From an uncultured delta proteobacterium (GTDB taxonomy: Bacteria; Desulfobacterota; Desulfobacteria; Desulfobacterales; Desulfatirhabdiaceae), in assembly GCA_963789395.1 (NCBI GenBank), contig CAWBKP010000024.1, positions 256,001 to 320,000 on the forward strand: a stretch of DNA of 64,000 nucleotides, read 5' to 3'. Both the position numbers and the translations under genes were made by a program. Of this stretch, positions 14,190-26,757 are shown piece after piece (position 1 is the stretch's first letter; every line of letters starts with the position of its first letter). A model generated the notes under the pieces. The model had not been told where the DNA came from, ran no database searches, and worked only from the letters and a program-made list of their open reading frames with translations.

Positions 14190-14936
14190 TTAACCGATGG
14201 TGTCTACCGCGGCAAACCGGGGTTCATGAAGCGGAATGAGGATGTCTGCCAGGGATTTGACCTTCAGCATCAGGTTGTACGCTTCAACGACATTGACATG
14301 GGTACCCGGAGGGATGACCTCCATTTCCATGGCTTTGACAGCGGCAGGCGGATCAAAATTTTCCATGATGACGCAAAAACCCGTTAAGGCCGCCTTGCCT
14401 TCATGGGTTTGAATCAGAACCGTCAGCCCGCCCGGAGTATGCGCCGGCGTGTGCAGGACGGAAATGCCGGGAACAATTTCCGTGTCTTCGTGAATGGTTT
14501 GAATCTGATTGTTTTCCTCAATTTCGCAGATGTAATCTTCCATGTAGCGATAATCCAGGGGATGGGGATTGTGGATGGTTTCAAGCTCTTTTTGATGCAC
14601 GTAAAACCGGGCATGGGTGCATTTGTAATCGTTTTCGCAGTGGTCGTTGTGAAGGTGGGTATGGATGACAATATCGATGTCTTCAGGGGTCAAATTCCAG
14701 CGCGCCAGGCCTTCCTCAAACCGGTAGATTTTACCGCCGATGGCTTTTTCACGTTCAGATGATTGAATCGGATTCAGTTCGCCTGTGTCCACCAGAATTC
14801 GTGCGCCGTCACCTTCTATGTACCAGCAGTAAATCGGAATGGTATAGGGCTGTCCCTGACCGTGCTGGTAGGTCATCATGCTTTTGTCAAATACCTTGGT
14901 GCCCATAACGATAGGATGAATGCGATATGTTTCCAT
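14190..14936 (-). CDS. Metallo-beta-lactamase-fold hydrolase, N-acyl homoserine lactonase family
   Basis: LVDTG, HTHLHNDH (HxHxDH), TPAHTPG and a C-terminal PLHEP. Confidence 0.85.
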   Translation of the reverse strand: METYRIHPIVMGTKVFDKSMMTYQHGQGQPYTIPIYCWYIEGDGARILVDTGELNPIQSSEREKAIGGKIYRFEEGLARWNLTPEDIDIVIHTHLHNDHCENDYKCTHARFYVHQKELETIHNPHPLDYRYMEDYICEIEENNQIQTIHEDTEIVPGISVLHTPAHTPGGLTVLIQTHEGKAALTGFCVIMENFDPPAAVKAMEMEVIPPGTHVNVVEAYNLMLKVKSLADILIPLHEPRFAAVDTIG

Positions 14937-15188
14937 AAATCACCTCTTTCGTTTGAGTGTCTCATCAAATTGGCACAGATTTATGCTTCAAAGGAAAATC
15001 TGTCAAGAAGTTATTCGGAATTAAACGTAATTCTTAATTTGATTCAGCAATAATTATATTATTGTACTTATATTATGTTTTCTGTTATGGGAGAAATCTA
15101 ATAGACTTAGCCTCAGGCGACGGCAATATGTCAGGAGGAATCCTCCTTAACACTACCGATACAACATCGATTTTGTCAGGTGAAACTT

Positions 15189-17370
15189 ATGGCTCCAAAA
15201 CCCAGTTATGAAGAACTGGAGCATAGAATTCAGACATTGGAATCAACGGATATCTTCGAACTGGAGCAGTCAAAGCAGACGCTCCAGAAACGCGCCGAAG
15301 AACTGATCACCCTGAACACCCTGGGACGAGAACTCATTACCGCGAATTCCCAGGAGCAGACCTGTGCGGTCGGCCTTCGCGGAATGGTCAGTGCGGTTCG
15401 TCCGGATCTGGCGTTTCTTTTTCTGCGACAAGAAGAAAGGCTCATCTTGCAGGATATTTTGCCGCCATCTTTCAGGCAGCGTCTGGGGGATATTCCCGAA
15501 CACCGTGTCGGTGAGTGCCTGTGCGGCCTGGTTGTCAAGGAAAACAAGCCGATTTATTCCAGGAATATAATGGATGATCCGCGCTGCACCTTGGAAGAAT
15601 GCAAGAAAGCCGGCCTTATTTCGTTTGCCGCCCTGCCGCTGCGCTGCGCGGAGGAAACCATCGGCGTAATCGGTTTGGCCTCAGAAACCTTACGGGATTT
15701 TGAACTGCAGGCCGGTTTTCTGGAAACACTTGCCAGCCTGGTTGCCGTTTCTCTGGCAAACGCCCGGCTGTTTGACGCGGTTCAGCAGGAACTGGCGGAG
15801 CGAAAGCGGGCCGAAGCACTCGGCGCATGCTGATAGGGAAAGACTGCAGACCCTTTTACAGTATGCACCTGTCGGCATATTTCTGATAGATGTATCCGGA
15901 AAATTCAGTTATGCCAATCCAAAATTTAAGGAAATCTTTGGATATGACCTGATGGACATACCCGATGGAAAAACGTGGTTCCGGCTGGTCTATCCGGACC
16001 CGCATTACAGAGAACAGGTCATCTCGGACTGGATGCATGACCTGAATGCCCATCAGGCGGGAGAACAGCGGCCCAGGGTCTTTGATGTCATCTGTAAAGA
16101 CGGCGGGAAAAAAACCATTAATTTCATCCCTGTCAGCCTGGCAACCGGCGAAAATATTGTAGTCTGCGAGGATATTACCGAGCGGTTGGCCCTGGAAGAC
16201 CAGCTTCAGCACGCTCAGCGGATGGAGGCCGTTGGTATTCTGGCAGGCGGGGTAGCCCATGACTTCAATAACCTGCTTCAGGCCATCAGCGGTTATACCC
16301 AGATAATGATGCTGGATAAAGTCGACGGTGATCCGGACCTGCTCAGACTGAAAGCGATTGATAAATCGATTGCCCGGGCTGCCCAGCTTGTCCGACAGCT
16401 TTTACTGTTCAGCCGTAAGGAAATGGTTGAGCGCCGCAACGTCAATCTCAGCCAGGAAATGGGACAGGTTGTCAGGATTCTGGAACGCACGATTCCCAGA
16501 ATGATCGAAATCGAACTGCATCCGGGCACCCGACTGTGGACGGTGAAAGCCGATCCTGCACAAATCGAGCAGGCGCTGTTGAATCTGGGGATCAATGCAT
16601 CGGACGCCATGCCGGATGGGGGACGGCTCACCATTGAAATCCGGAATGCGGTGGTGAAAGATATGCTTGCCGGACAGCGCAACGGTATTCCTGCGGGAAA
16701 CTATGTGCTGGTGCGTGTTTCCGACACCGGATGCGGCATGAGCAAAGAAACCCTTGATCACATCTACGAACCGTTTTTTACCACCAAAGGAATCGGCAAG
16801 GGAACGGGTCTGGGGTTGGCATCGGTTTATGGGATTGTCAAGAGCCACGGCGGCTATATTAACTGTGAAAGTGTCTCCGGCAAGGGAACGACGTTCACGA
16901 TATATCTGCCTGCCATCGACACAGAGGATCCCGATGCTGTGCTTTCTCCGTCTGAAACACCACCCAACGGCGGAGCGGAAACCATTCTTGTTGTGGACGA
17001 CGTGCCGGATATCAGGCAACTGGCCATGCAAATGCTGCAACATTTCGGTTATACGGTCATGACAGCCGCCAGCGGTGAAGAGGCGATTGAGCTTCACCTT
17101 GACCGGAAATCGGCGATCGACCTGACCATTCTGGATCTGGGTATGCCGGGTATCGGGGGAAGCCGTTGTCTGCAGGAACTGCTGGCGATCAATCCTTTTG
17201 CTAAAATTCTGATCGCCAGCGGGTATTGTTCCGACGACACGGTGAAAAACGCCCTGGAATCCGGGGCTGCCGGTTTCATCGGTAAGCCGTATCAATTGCC
17301 GGATTTGCTGAGCCGGGTGCGAATCATTCTGGGCAGGCCGGCAGCATTATCAGATCGAGTTGCCGTGTAA
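15189..17370 (+). CDS. Hybrid sensor histidine kinase (GAF-PAS-HisKA-HATPase-REC); one frameshift near 15820
   Basis: GAF-like region in 15180-15833. The 15700-17370 frame has AGGVAHDFNNLL, NASDAM, DTGCGM, PFFTTK, GTGLGL and a receiver domain (VVDD, LDLGMPG, KP). Confidence 0.9.
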
Positions 17371-17486
17371 TTCTAATTGTAAGCATTCGCCTCGTAACCA
17401 TCCTTGCTTTCACGCCTTACCGTCAATGAAAGTAATACGTTTCCCCCTATTTTCATGGTAATGATTCTGCCTGTAGTTTTTGGCAG

Positions 17487-20344
17487 CTATGCGCCCGGAT
17501 AACTGTACGTCAGCGCACCGTAAATCCGAAGCAGCCTGGCCGGAAGCTCCCGTACATCTGATATCACGTTGTGATGGACGCTGCCATACAGATCATCGAG
17601 TCTGGCATCGCTTTGCATGTTTACGGTGATGGCATGGGTATGGATACGGCGGGTAAGAGCCTCTCCAATGGCTTTTCGGGTATCTGAAATGGCATATTCC
17701 CGCTTGTAGTCCAGATCATTGGGGAACCCGTCTCCCAGAACCACCATCAGCCTGACCTTGGCCGGGAATTTATCAAACTGCGCGGTTGCGTGACGGATGG
17801 CCGCGCCCATTCGCGTGCTTCGCTGGGGTGTAAGGGCGCTGATTCGTTTGCGAACGGCGGCATTCAACGGCTCATCGAATTCCTTGATGTGCGTATAATC
17901 CACGGAGAAGCGGCCGTTTCCGGAAAAACCGGCAATGGCAAAGGTGTCTCCCACAATGCCCAGGGCTTCGCAAAACAGCACCATGGCCTCTTTTTCAACA
18001 TCCAGCACCGTTGTACCGGCATCAGATGCGTTGTTTGAAAGGGTGTTGGCCGTTGAACGGGAAAGATCAACCAGCAGCAGGACAGCCACATTCCGCTCCT
18101 GCTTGATTCGCTTGATATACAGACGATCAGATGGAATCCGTCCCGCCTTTTGATCCAGAACAAAATCCAGCATGGCCCGGTAATCCAGTTCGTCGCCTTC
18201 TGTCCAGTTTCGCAGCAGCTTCAGTCCCTGGGGCTTCATCAGTTCGAAGGCATAGCGGATCTGGCTGACCAACTCCCGGTATCGTTCCAGCGTCTGATCA
18301 TAAAAGCCGGCGGTTGCGCCTGCCATCATACGATCTACGACCCGAACATAATTGTGCAGATAATCGCTGTGATGACCGTCCCACTCCGGGTACCAGGATG
18401 CAGGGAGCGTATCGGGAACGGCAGAATTGTCCATCAAACCGGGAATCTCGGACAAGTTCGCAAGATCCGACAGATCAACGGTAACAGCAGCAGTGTGAAC
18501 TGTGTTTTCACATGGGCCTGTGTCTTGAAAAGCCCGCAACAGTTCAAGTATATCGTCCTTGCTTATTTTTCCGTCACGTTGGTATAGAAGTTTTCTGATT
18601 CCTGATTTGTAAACCCTGATCACCTTTTTCAGCCAATTTGCGGTGTAATAGGGTTGTTTTTGCCTCATATTCCAGATCCATTGCCAAATCCGGTCGCAAC
18701 CCTCTGGCAAAAGGGGTTTTCAACCGGTAATCTTTTTTGGGGCAAGCTGTCTGCAAAAAGAGTTCAATCCGGGGATAGGTTTTCCATACCAGTGCGGCGC
18801 AGTCCTCAACCCCTGCGGTTATTGTGATCATCCGGCAAAAATCAATACCAACGGCATGGATGACGGAATCCAGGTTTGATTGAATTCCGGAGACGACATT
18901 ACCTTGATTTCAACACGGATGCCGAGTGCAATTCTCAAATAGAGTGCTTCGAGGGGATGTTCCAGCAAGTTGTCCGGATAAATTCTTGCGGCCTCAGCGA
19001 CTAAAACAGGCTGCGACTGCCGGATAATTCCCGGATAGCGCTGTTTCAAAAGGACCCGTATCCTGCCATGCTCAAAAATAGTCAGTAAATCGGCAGCCAG
19101 GCCGGGATTGGGAAAAATCCGGCAAAACAGGTGCATGTCTGAAGCCGGTAAGCCATCCCTGCCGGTTTTCTGACCCCCCCCACTGGCGGCATCACCCATC
19201 CGGAGTTGGCCGCATCCTGTATTTGATTGCCGCATGCTGTGTTTCAGTAGCTTCAGTGTCACCGCACGCTGTTAATTGCCTTTTCCAGATCGAATTCGTA
19301 GGTTTCGAATTCGTGATAACCGGTTTCAAGCCGGGTCAGGCATTTATACAGGAAAAGGTTTTCAGGTTTCGTAGTTAAAGCGGCTGATTTCATCCGGCAG
19401 GAAAATCCGGTTTCCGCAGGAACATACCAGCGGCTTTTCGGAGTGAAGAAATCGGTTGCCGAAAGTTCGGACATCGGACGGACACAAAGCGGCCTGCCGA
19501 GCCTGGCCTGAATATAGCGGTTCAAGCCTGGCTGAATCTGAGAAAGCGATACGGCAACCTGAAGTTCATCCACCAGATCCCTGGCCTGTTTGGATTCAAG
19601 GGATAAAAACCGGGATCCTGCCGCCTTGTCACGGCAGAATCTGTCCAGTCCTTCAGAGACAAATCGGGGCAGGGCATGAGCGTCTAATAAAGACCCTCCC
19701 CGCTGCATGCCATCGAGAAAACCGTCGATCAGATCCGGATCAGCCTGAGCGACCCGCATCAGTTGAATGATCTGAAACAGCCTGCGGGAAGCAGGAAATG
19801 ATTGCACGGCTTTGGGGATGATGTGGCAGAGATGTTTGCACTGGTTATAGGAAAGACCCGGGGAAAGGGCGCTGCCGATAAGTTCCAGAAAGGCCATGCC
19901 GGATTCGATATCTGCGGATTCAATAAGATTAGACAGGGTTTCAAACGGGCTTTTCAGCGTATAGGTTCCAATCTTCAGCAGGGCATCGGTCGTTTCATTG
20001 AATCGTTCGATCAGCTTATTATCGCCTGTCTTAAGAACCGGGACCAGGTGAATGGCAATGATTCGGCCGATAGCAGCATTTATTTCTCCGGTTTCCCTGA
20101 CCCTGCAGCGGAACATTTCCAAATGCTCCGGGGCCGCGCTTCCGGCCAGTTCGATGAGCCCGGTTGCAATTGCCTGTCCCAGCGCTGTTTCCTGAGACAG
20201 TCCCCAGATCGTTTCCGCAACAATCAACCCAAGCTCAATTTCAGTTACCGGGGGATGATGATCCAACAACTTTATTTGAACCATAGATGCCGTTTCCGGG
20301 TCTGCCAGAAACAGCATGGACATCAGTTCATCACGTTCTGACAT
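17487..20344 (-). CDS. NorD/CbbO-like VWA-domain protein of about 950 aa; several frameshifts between about 18570 and 19450
   Basis: YPEWD, EGDELD, SDRLY, MIDAS DLSRST, DVEKEA, STRMGAAIRHA and LGDGFPNDLDY. The middle region can be rebuilt across frames (VCSCGNRIFLPDEIS, LYKCLTRLETGYHEF, DLLTIFEHGRI). Start at ATG 20344 after AAGGA. Confidence 0.8.
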
Positions 20345-20656
20345 GTCTTTCCTTGAACATTTTGGAAGCATAATTTTATAATGTTTATGATATTTGCATA
20401 AACGATAATTTTTGGCGACAAAAATCAGTTGACGCCCCGGTTCCAGCAACCGAAAATCATGGCTCGGTGTTCAACAAACTATTGACAACCGCAGGAAAAA
20501 CCAGCTTAGGTGTATGAGTGATTGCCCCGTTATGCCTACTGTTTGCCAACCTGTGTTTGGCGAACCGCTGGCGGATTATTCGGCGTTTGCAGCACTGGCA
20601 GGTGCTTTATATCAAAAAAATGTAAATAGACGGCAGGAGGCTTTGCAATCATTCAA

Positions 20657-21566
20657 ATGAGAGTCACTGATATTGTTAAACGTAATAACAGGCTTGAAGG
20701 CGGGCTTGCTTATCTGTTTCTGGTGATCGCGCCGTTATGTTGGGCAGCCAACGCTGTTCTGGCCCGGGGCGTGGTCCACCTCATTCCGCCGGTCAGTTTT
20801 GCATTCTGGCGGTGGATGATCGCCTTTCTAATCCTTTTGCCCTTTACGTGGTTTAATGTCAAACAGGACTGGAAAACGGCGATTAAGCATTGGAAGATCA
20901 TGGCCGCATTGTCGATTCTGGGGATCAGCTGTTTTAACACCCTGCTGTACACCGCCGTCCATACCACGACAGCCATAAATGTCTCACTGATTCAGACGGC
21001 GATGCCCGCCATGATTATCCTGATCGCCCGTCTGTTTTTTTATGAACGTATCCGGAAAATCCAGCTTGTCGGGGTGATTTGCTGCATTTTGGGCGCTTCT
21101 CTGGTGGTCTTGCGAGGAAACATCCTCACCTTTATGGACCTGTCCTTTGTTCAAGGCGACTTGTTGATGCTTACCGCGGTTTTTCTTTATGCCCTGTACT
21201 GCGTGCTGCTGCGGAAGCGGCCGCCCATGCATTCCATGAGTTTATTGACATATCACCTTCGGCCTCGGGGTACTGGGGTTGCTTCCCTTGTACGTCTGGG
21301 AGACATTGACACTGGGTCCTTTTGTTTTTACCTGGGAGGTGGTTCAGAGCATCCTCTATGTTGCGGTGTTCCCGTCGATTGTTGCCTATTTTTGCTGGAA
21401 CCGTGGTATCGAGATGATAGGCGCCAATCGTGCCGGGCTGTTTATTAACCTGGTTCCGGTTTTTGCTTCCATCATGGCGATTTTATGGTTGAATGAGTCG
21501 CTGGAAATATTTCATGTTGCAGGCATGACGCTGATTTTCGGCGGAATGATTCTGTTCAACCGATGA
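20657..21566 (+). CDS. DMT/EamA family transporter; one frameshift near 21254
   Basis: Motifs LCWAANAVLAR, PPVSFAFWRW, FNTLLY, GDLLML, FPSIVAYFCWNRG and FINLVPVF. The two ORFs join via YTFGLGVLGLLP. Confidence 0.9.
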
Positions 21567-21817
21567 TTTTAGAAATAATGCATGACGTTATTCGCAATAG
21601 TCTATTTGTGACCTGTTTTTTTGTTGCAAAGCCCGCAGTGGCTATTGTATTTTTGAAAAATTGATCGTCTTGTTTTTGGGTCAATGACAATTCTCCCTTC
21701 ATTTGCTGGATCTAACCGAATTGCTTTACGATTTGGTGATTGATTTGCCCCAACGCCCCGTATGCAGTTTACATTCGAGTGTTTATTCTTCGGGGCACTG
21801 AAAAAGGAGAGCCCACG

Positions 21818-23196
21818 ATGAAAAAAAACTGTTGTATTGCCTGGGTCGTGTTGTTGCTGTCTGCTGTCCACTTGCTGCCGAATGGTGCTTTTGCTGATTC
21901 ACCTGAATTCAGCAGGGTGTCGTCAGCGCTTTCTACCCGCCTCTGGCCAGAGCATCAAATTCGCCGTGTTCTCGGATCCCCATTATTACGACAGCACGCT
22001 GGGAACAACGGGTGAAGCTTTTGAAGTTACCTGAACAGTGATCGCAAGATGATCCGTGAAAGTGATGCTATCCTGAATGCCGCCATCAGTGGTTTGAAAC
22101 AGGACAATATCAAGTTCGTTTTAATCTCAGGAGATCTGACCAAGGATGGCGAGTTTTCCAGTCACACGAAATTTGCTGCCTATCTCAAGGAGATGGAAGT
22201 CAGCGGCATTGAGGTGTATGTAGTTCCTGGCAACCACGACATCAACAATCCGGATGCTGTTTCCTATAGCGGCGCCATGACCACTCCCGTGCCCAGGGTC
22301 AGCCCGGAAGATTTTGCACGGATTTACAAACAATTTGGATTCGGACAGGCGATTGCCAGAGACCCGAACTCCCTGACTTACCTGGTGGAGCCGGTGGCGG
22401 GACTTTATGTTCTGGCCATGGATGCCTGCCGGTACCGGGAAAATGTGGACTCGCCCATTACAGGTGGCCGATTCAGTCAGGAGACCCTGGATTGGATCCT
22501 TGTAATCGCATGGGCCAAGGCCGGTAACAAGCAGATTATAGGTTTCATGCACCACGGGGTTGTGGCGCATTATTCCATGCAGCCCCTGCTGTTCGCTGAG
22601 TATCTCGTTGATGACTGGACAAGGGTTTCCAGGATGTTTGCCGATGCCGGCATGCGGATGGTCTTTACCGGCCATTATCATGCTCAGGATGTCGTCAAAC
22701 GCGTGGTCAAACCCGGCAGAATCCCGTCCTTCATATTCGATGTGGAAACTGGATCACTGGTGACCTATCCGGTTCCTTACCGATGTGACTATTGGTCACC
22801 ATAGGATGAGACACAGTCTCTTTTCCAGATTGAAAGCCGACTCATCACGCAGATCGATTACGATACCGGGGGAATTCCGTTTCCCCAGTACGCGTTGCAA
22901 TATCTGGAGGATGGGCTTCTGGTTATCGCCCAAACCATTCTCGTCGATGCCTTTGGACTGGATCAAGTTACTGCGCAAGCCTTTGCGCCGGATGTCGTAA
23001 AAGCATTTGAGGCCAATTATGTGGGCGACGAAAAGCCGGATGCTGACACATTGCAGACGGCGCTTTCCTATGTGCGGATGCCGGATCCGACTGTTAAACT
23101 GATCGGCTTCGGTATTTTCAGCCTCTGGAACGATCTGTCCCTGCGGATAACAACCTAAATATCAATTTGCAAACTGGCGCTGCATCTCCGAAATAA
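21818..23196 (+). CDS. Exported calcineurin-like metallophosphoesterase; about four frameshifts
   Basis: Signal peptide MKKNCCIAWVVLLLSAV, then motifs FSDPHY, SGDLTKDGE, PGNHD, MHHG and FTGHYH spread over consecutive frames. The rebuilt C-terminus ends at TAA 23194-23196. Confidence 0.8.
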
Positions 23197-23241
23197 ACAT
23201 TTATCCTCTCAATTAGAAAACTGCAAGCTAAGGAAACTATC

Positions 23242-23577
23242 ATGACTAATGACGCTGTTGCAACAAAAGGCGTTTCGTTTGATTTGAAAGAACATGTCAC
23301 CTACGCTATCGGGGCGGTTGTCAGCAAAACGCTACTGAAAAAAGATACCGGCAACATCACCCTGTTTTCATTTGACAAGGGGCAGGGGCTTTCCGAGCAC
23401 ACATCGCCGTACGATGCGGTTGTAAATGTGCTGGACGGCGAAGCGGAAATCACCATCGGCGGCAAGATGCAGACGGTCAAAGCCGGACAGATGCTGATCA
23501 TGCCCGCTGATGTCTCTCATGCCCTCTTTGCGCAGGTTCAGTTTAAAATGCTGCTTATCATGATCCGGGGAAAATAA
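23242..23577 (+). CDS. Cupin domain protein
   Basis: TLFSFDKGQGLSEHTSPYDA and MPADVSHAL cupin motifs. Confidence 0.92.
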   Translation: MTNDAVATKGVSFDLKEHVTYAIGAVVSKTLLKKDTGNITLFSFDKGQGLSEHTSPYDAVVNVLDGEAEITIGGKMQTVKAGQMLIMPADVSHALFAQVQFKMLLIMIRGK

Positions 23578-23579
23578 AG

Positions 23580-24154
23580 ATGATCCGTTATACCGGCATC
23601 AACCATCTGGCCATGGCCACCGGCGATATGGACGAAACGATCCGCTTCTGGCGGGATCTTCTCGGCATGCGTCTGGTGGCGGGTCTGGGACGTCCGGGTT
23701 ACCGCCATTATTTTTTTGAAATAACCGGTCACGACATGATTGCGTTTTTGAATGGCCCGGCGTGGAAAAGGTGGATTTAAAGGATCACGGTGTTCCGGTC
23801 AAGGGTCCGTTTGCTTTTGATCACGTTTCCTTTGAAGTAGAAAGCGACGCGGATCTCTGGGAGCTGAAAGACAAACTTGAGGCATGCGATATCTGGGTGT
23901 CCGAGATCATTGATCACGGGTTTATTCATTCCATCTACACATTTGACCCGAACAACATCGCCATTGAATTCAGCGCGCCGGTCAAAGGCGTCAATATCCG
24001 GAGCCGGCCTGTCAACACGGACAGCCTGCCCACGGAAATCGCTCGAGAAGGTTCGGAACCCCAGCCGGGTCACTGGCCGCAGCCGCTACGGCCCACTGCG
24101 CCGCAAGACCGCCTGGTTTATCCGGGCGAAGGCCGGATTCTGTTGATGGATTAA
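23580..24154 (+). CDS. VOC/glyoxalase family protein; one frameshift at the T5 run near 23745
   Basis: GINHLAMAT..MDETIRFWRDLLG, then FDHVSF and DHGFIHSIYTFDPNNIAIEF. One extra T restores IAFFEWPGVEKV. Confidence 0.9.
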
Positions 24155-24275
24155 TTGAAACAAGATAATATTTCCGAAGCGCAATGGATAACTATAGCGT
24201 TTTGTTTTTCCGGGCGGTTGAGTCCCATGAGGCATATATAACCACGCGTTTCAAACGTAATTCTCGAATAATCCA

Positions 24276-24917
24276 TCAAATCATCCCTTTTTCTGCAAGT
24301 TGTGCAAGATAGGCGGATGCGGAAGCTTTGGGTATTTTCGAAAGCCGCTGCATCAGATTAAAGGATACTTGACGGAACTTGTAGGCGGCTTTTAGTTCGG
24401 TAATCATGGAAATCCATAGATGTGCTGTCATTTCGGCATCCGCAAGTGCCCGGTGAAAGGTACCGTCTGTGACGATATCCGTGTACCGGACAAGCGCTTG
24501 CAGATTGTGGCTGGGCGCATCCGGATAGATTCGGCGCGATGCCAGCATCGAGCAGGCAAATTGCTGGCTGCGGCATATTCCGATGCGCCGGAGCTCGGCA
24601 TCCAGGAACCGCCGGTCAAAACCGGCATTGTGAGCCACCAGTGGGTGCTCGGCCATGAAGCCCGAGAATTCGTACATGACGTCGGCGATAGGCGGCGCCT
24701 TTTTCAGCATTGCGTTGGTGATTCCCGTGTACTCCTGAATAAACAGACTGATGCGCTTTCCGGGATTCATCAGGCTCTGAAAGCGATTCACAATCTGATT
24801 GTCACGGACAAGGACAGCTCCGATTTCGATGGTCCGATCCCCATTGTCCGGGGAAAGGCCGGTCGTCTCAAAGTCCAGAACCACAACACTGATAGTTACC
24901 CAAATTACACTCCGCAA
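24276..24917 (-). CDS. DEDDh 3'-5' exonuclease (DnaQ/epsilon-like); start uncertain
   Basis: Motifs VLDFETTG, VAHNAGFD and HRALADA. Confidence 0.9.
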   Translation of the reverse strand: MRSVIWVTISVVVLDFETTGLSPDNGDRTIEIGAVLVRDNQIVNRFQSLMNPGKRISLFIQEYTGITNAMLKKAPPIADVMYEFSGFMAEHPLVAHNAGFDRRFLDAELRRIGICRSQQFACSMLASRRIYPDAPSHNLQALVRYTDIVTDGTFHRALADAEMTAHLWISMITELKAAYKFRQVSFNLMQRLSKIPKASASAYLAQLAEKGMI

Positions 24918-25054
24918 TTCGTAAGTGTAACGAATCCTTCAGAGGCATTCACCCGAGCAGGCTGTCCGGTTCTTCAGCAGGTTGAGGGCCTCGGCATCAA
25001 GAAGTAATCATGGGAAAGCCGTACTGGGTTCGGACGAACAAACGGTAAAATGCA

Positions 25055-26272
25055 TCAGAGCTTGTCGAGTCCAAACTCAGAGTGGAGGGCCCGAACCGCC
25101 AGTTCTGCGTATTTTTCGACAATGACGCAGGAGATGCGGATTTCAGAGGTGCTGATCATCAGGATGTTGATGTTTTCTGCAGCCAGTGTGCCGAACATGC
25201 GGGATGCAACGCCGGAATGGTTCTTCATGCCGACCCCGATGACCGACACCTTGGCGATATTGGTGTCCCCCAGAACATCTTCTGCGCCGATTTCAGCGGC
25301 AATCTTGCGCGCCAGTTCCATGGCCTGTTCAAAGTCGACCTTTGGCACTGTAAAAGTCAGATCATTGAATTTTCCCGAATGCCGGTTCTGTATGATCATG
25401 TCAACATTGATGCCTGCAGCGGCAATGGGTGAGAAAATCTTTGCGGCAATGCCGGGCTGGTCCGGCACCTTGATCAGGGTAATGCGGGCTTCCTTTTTGT
25501 TGACGGTAACGCTGGATACCACCAGGCGCTCCATGCTGTTGTCTTCATTCATCACCATGGTTCCTTCCTCCTCTGAAAATGACGATCTGACGTGAACCGG
25601 AACATTGTATTTTTTGGCAAACTCAACCGAGCGGATTTGGAGAACCTTGGCGCCGAGACTGGCCATTTCCAGCATTTCATCATAAGATATCCGGTCAATT
25701 TTTTTTGCAGCCCTGCAAATATTGGGATCCGTGGTATACACGCCGTTGACATCCGTGTAGATTTCGCAGATATCGGCTTTGATGGCCGCTGCAATGGCAA
25801 CGGCCGAGGTGTCTGATCCGCCGCGGCCAAGAGTGGTAATGTTTCCGTTGGTATCACAACCCTGAAAACCGGCCACAACGACAATGCGGCGACTATCAAG
25901 AAGTTCCTTGATACGCCCGGCGCCGATATCCATAATCCGGGCATTTCCAAACGTGCAGTCCGTAACCACTTCCGCCTGGTGCCCCAGAAGGGACTGGGCC
26001 GGATACTGCATGGCATTCAGGGTCATGGCCAGGAGCGCTGCCGTGGTCTGCTCGCCGGTTGCCAGCAGCACGTCCAGTTCGCGTTTTTCCGGATAATGGG
26101 TGATCTGTTGCGCCAGATCGATGAGGCTGTCGGTGATGCCGGCCATGGCAGACAGAATCACCACCACGTCATTTCCCTGGTCATAGGTTTTTATCACCCG
26201 ATTGGCGACATTTCGGATGCGGTCAATATCCGCGACGGAGGTTCCGCCGTATTTCTGGACGATCAGTGCCAT
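25055..26272 (-). CDS. lysC: Aspartate kinase
   Basis: [33 protein letters not shown], two ACT domains and STSEIRIS. Confidence 0.97.
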   Translation of the reverse strand: MALIVQKYGGTSVADIDRIRNVANRVIKTYDQGNDVVVILSAMAGITDSLIDLAQQITHYPEKRELDVLLATGEQTTAALLAMTLNAMQYPAQSLLGHQAEVVTDCTFGNARIMDIGAGRIKELLDSRRIVVVAGFQGCDTNGNITTLGRGGSDTSAVAIAAAIKADICEIYTDVNGVYTTDPNICRAAKKIDRISYDEMLEMASLGAKVLQIRSVEFAKKYNVPVHVRSSFSEEEGTMVMNEDNSMERLVVSSVTVNKKEARITLIKVPDQPGIAAKIFSPIAAAGINVDMIIQNRHSGKFNDLTFTVPKVDFEQAMELARKIAAEIGAEDVLGDTNIAKVSVIGVGMKNHSGVASRMFGTLAAENINILMISTSEIRISCVIVEKYAELAVRALHSEFGLDKL

Positions 26273-26757
26273 AGGTTCTCCTTTAAACGATGTTCTATTC
26301 GGGTCAACAATTGAACCTGTTGATCCCCGTCAGCAGTAAAAACAATGTTGCGTGTGTTGTCTCCGGTTATCTCCATTTGGAGGGTAAGGCATCTAAAAAG
26401 GGTATCCGGTGAAAGCCGTTCCGCCCATTCGATGGCAACAACGGCCGATTTCGTATCCAGGATATCATAAAGACCGATATCCTCAAAATCCATTTCCGAG
26501 AGCCGATACAGATCTATATGAAACAGGGGAAGTCTTCCGGGATATTCTTGGACCAGGGTATAGGAAGGGCTGGTGACATATATTTTTTCCGGAACGTTCA
26601 GCCCCCTTGCAAGTCCCTGAACCAGGGCTGTCTTCCCGCTTCCCAGGTCTCCTTTAAGTGCGATAATGATGCCGGCCTCAGCCATTTCGCCGATGATCTT
26701 TCCAATAAGGCGGGTTTCCTCATCGCTGCGGGAAGATATGCTAAACGGGCGAATCAT
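26263..26757 (-). CDS. tsaE: tRNA threonylcarbamoyladenosine biosynthesis ATPase
   Basis: Motifs [23 protein letters not shown] and AIEWAE. Confidence 0.95.
   Translation of the reverse strand: MIRPFSISSRSDEETRLIGKIIGEMAEAGIIIALKGDLGSGKTALVQGLARGLNVPEKIYVTSPSYTLVQEYPGRLPLFHIDLYRLSEMDFEDIGLYDILDTKSAVVAIEWAERLSPDTLFRCLTLQMEITGDNTRNIVFTADGDQQVQLLTRIEHRLKENLWH

Noticed and set aside
14970..14988. Sigma-54 promoter TTGGCACAGATTTATGCT
   Set aside because: The GG-to-GC spacing is 11 nt rather than the required 10.
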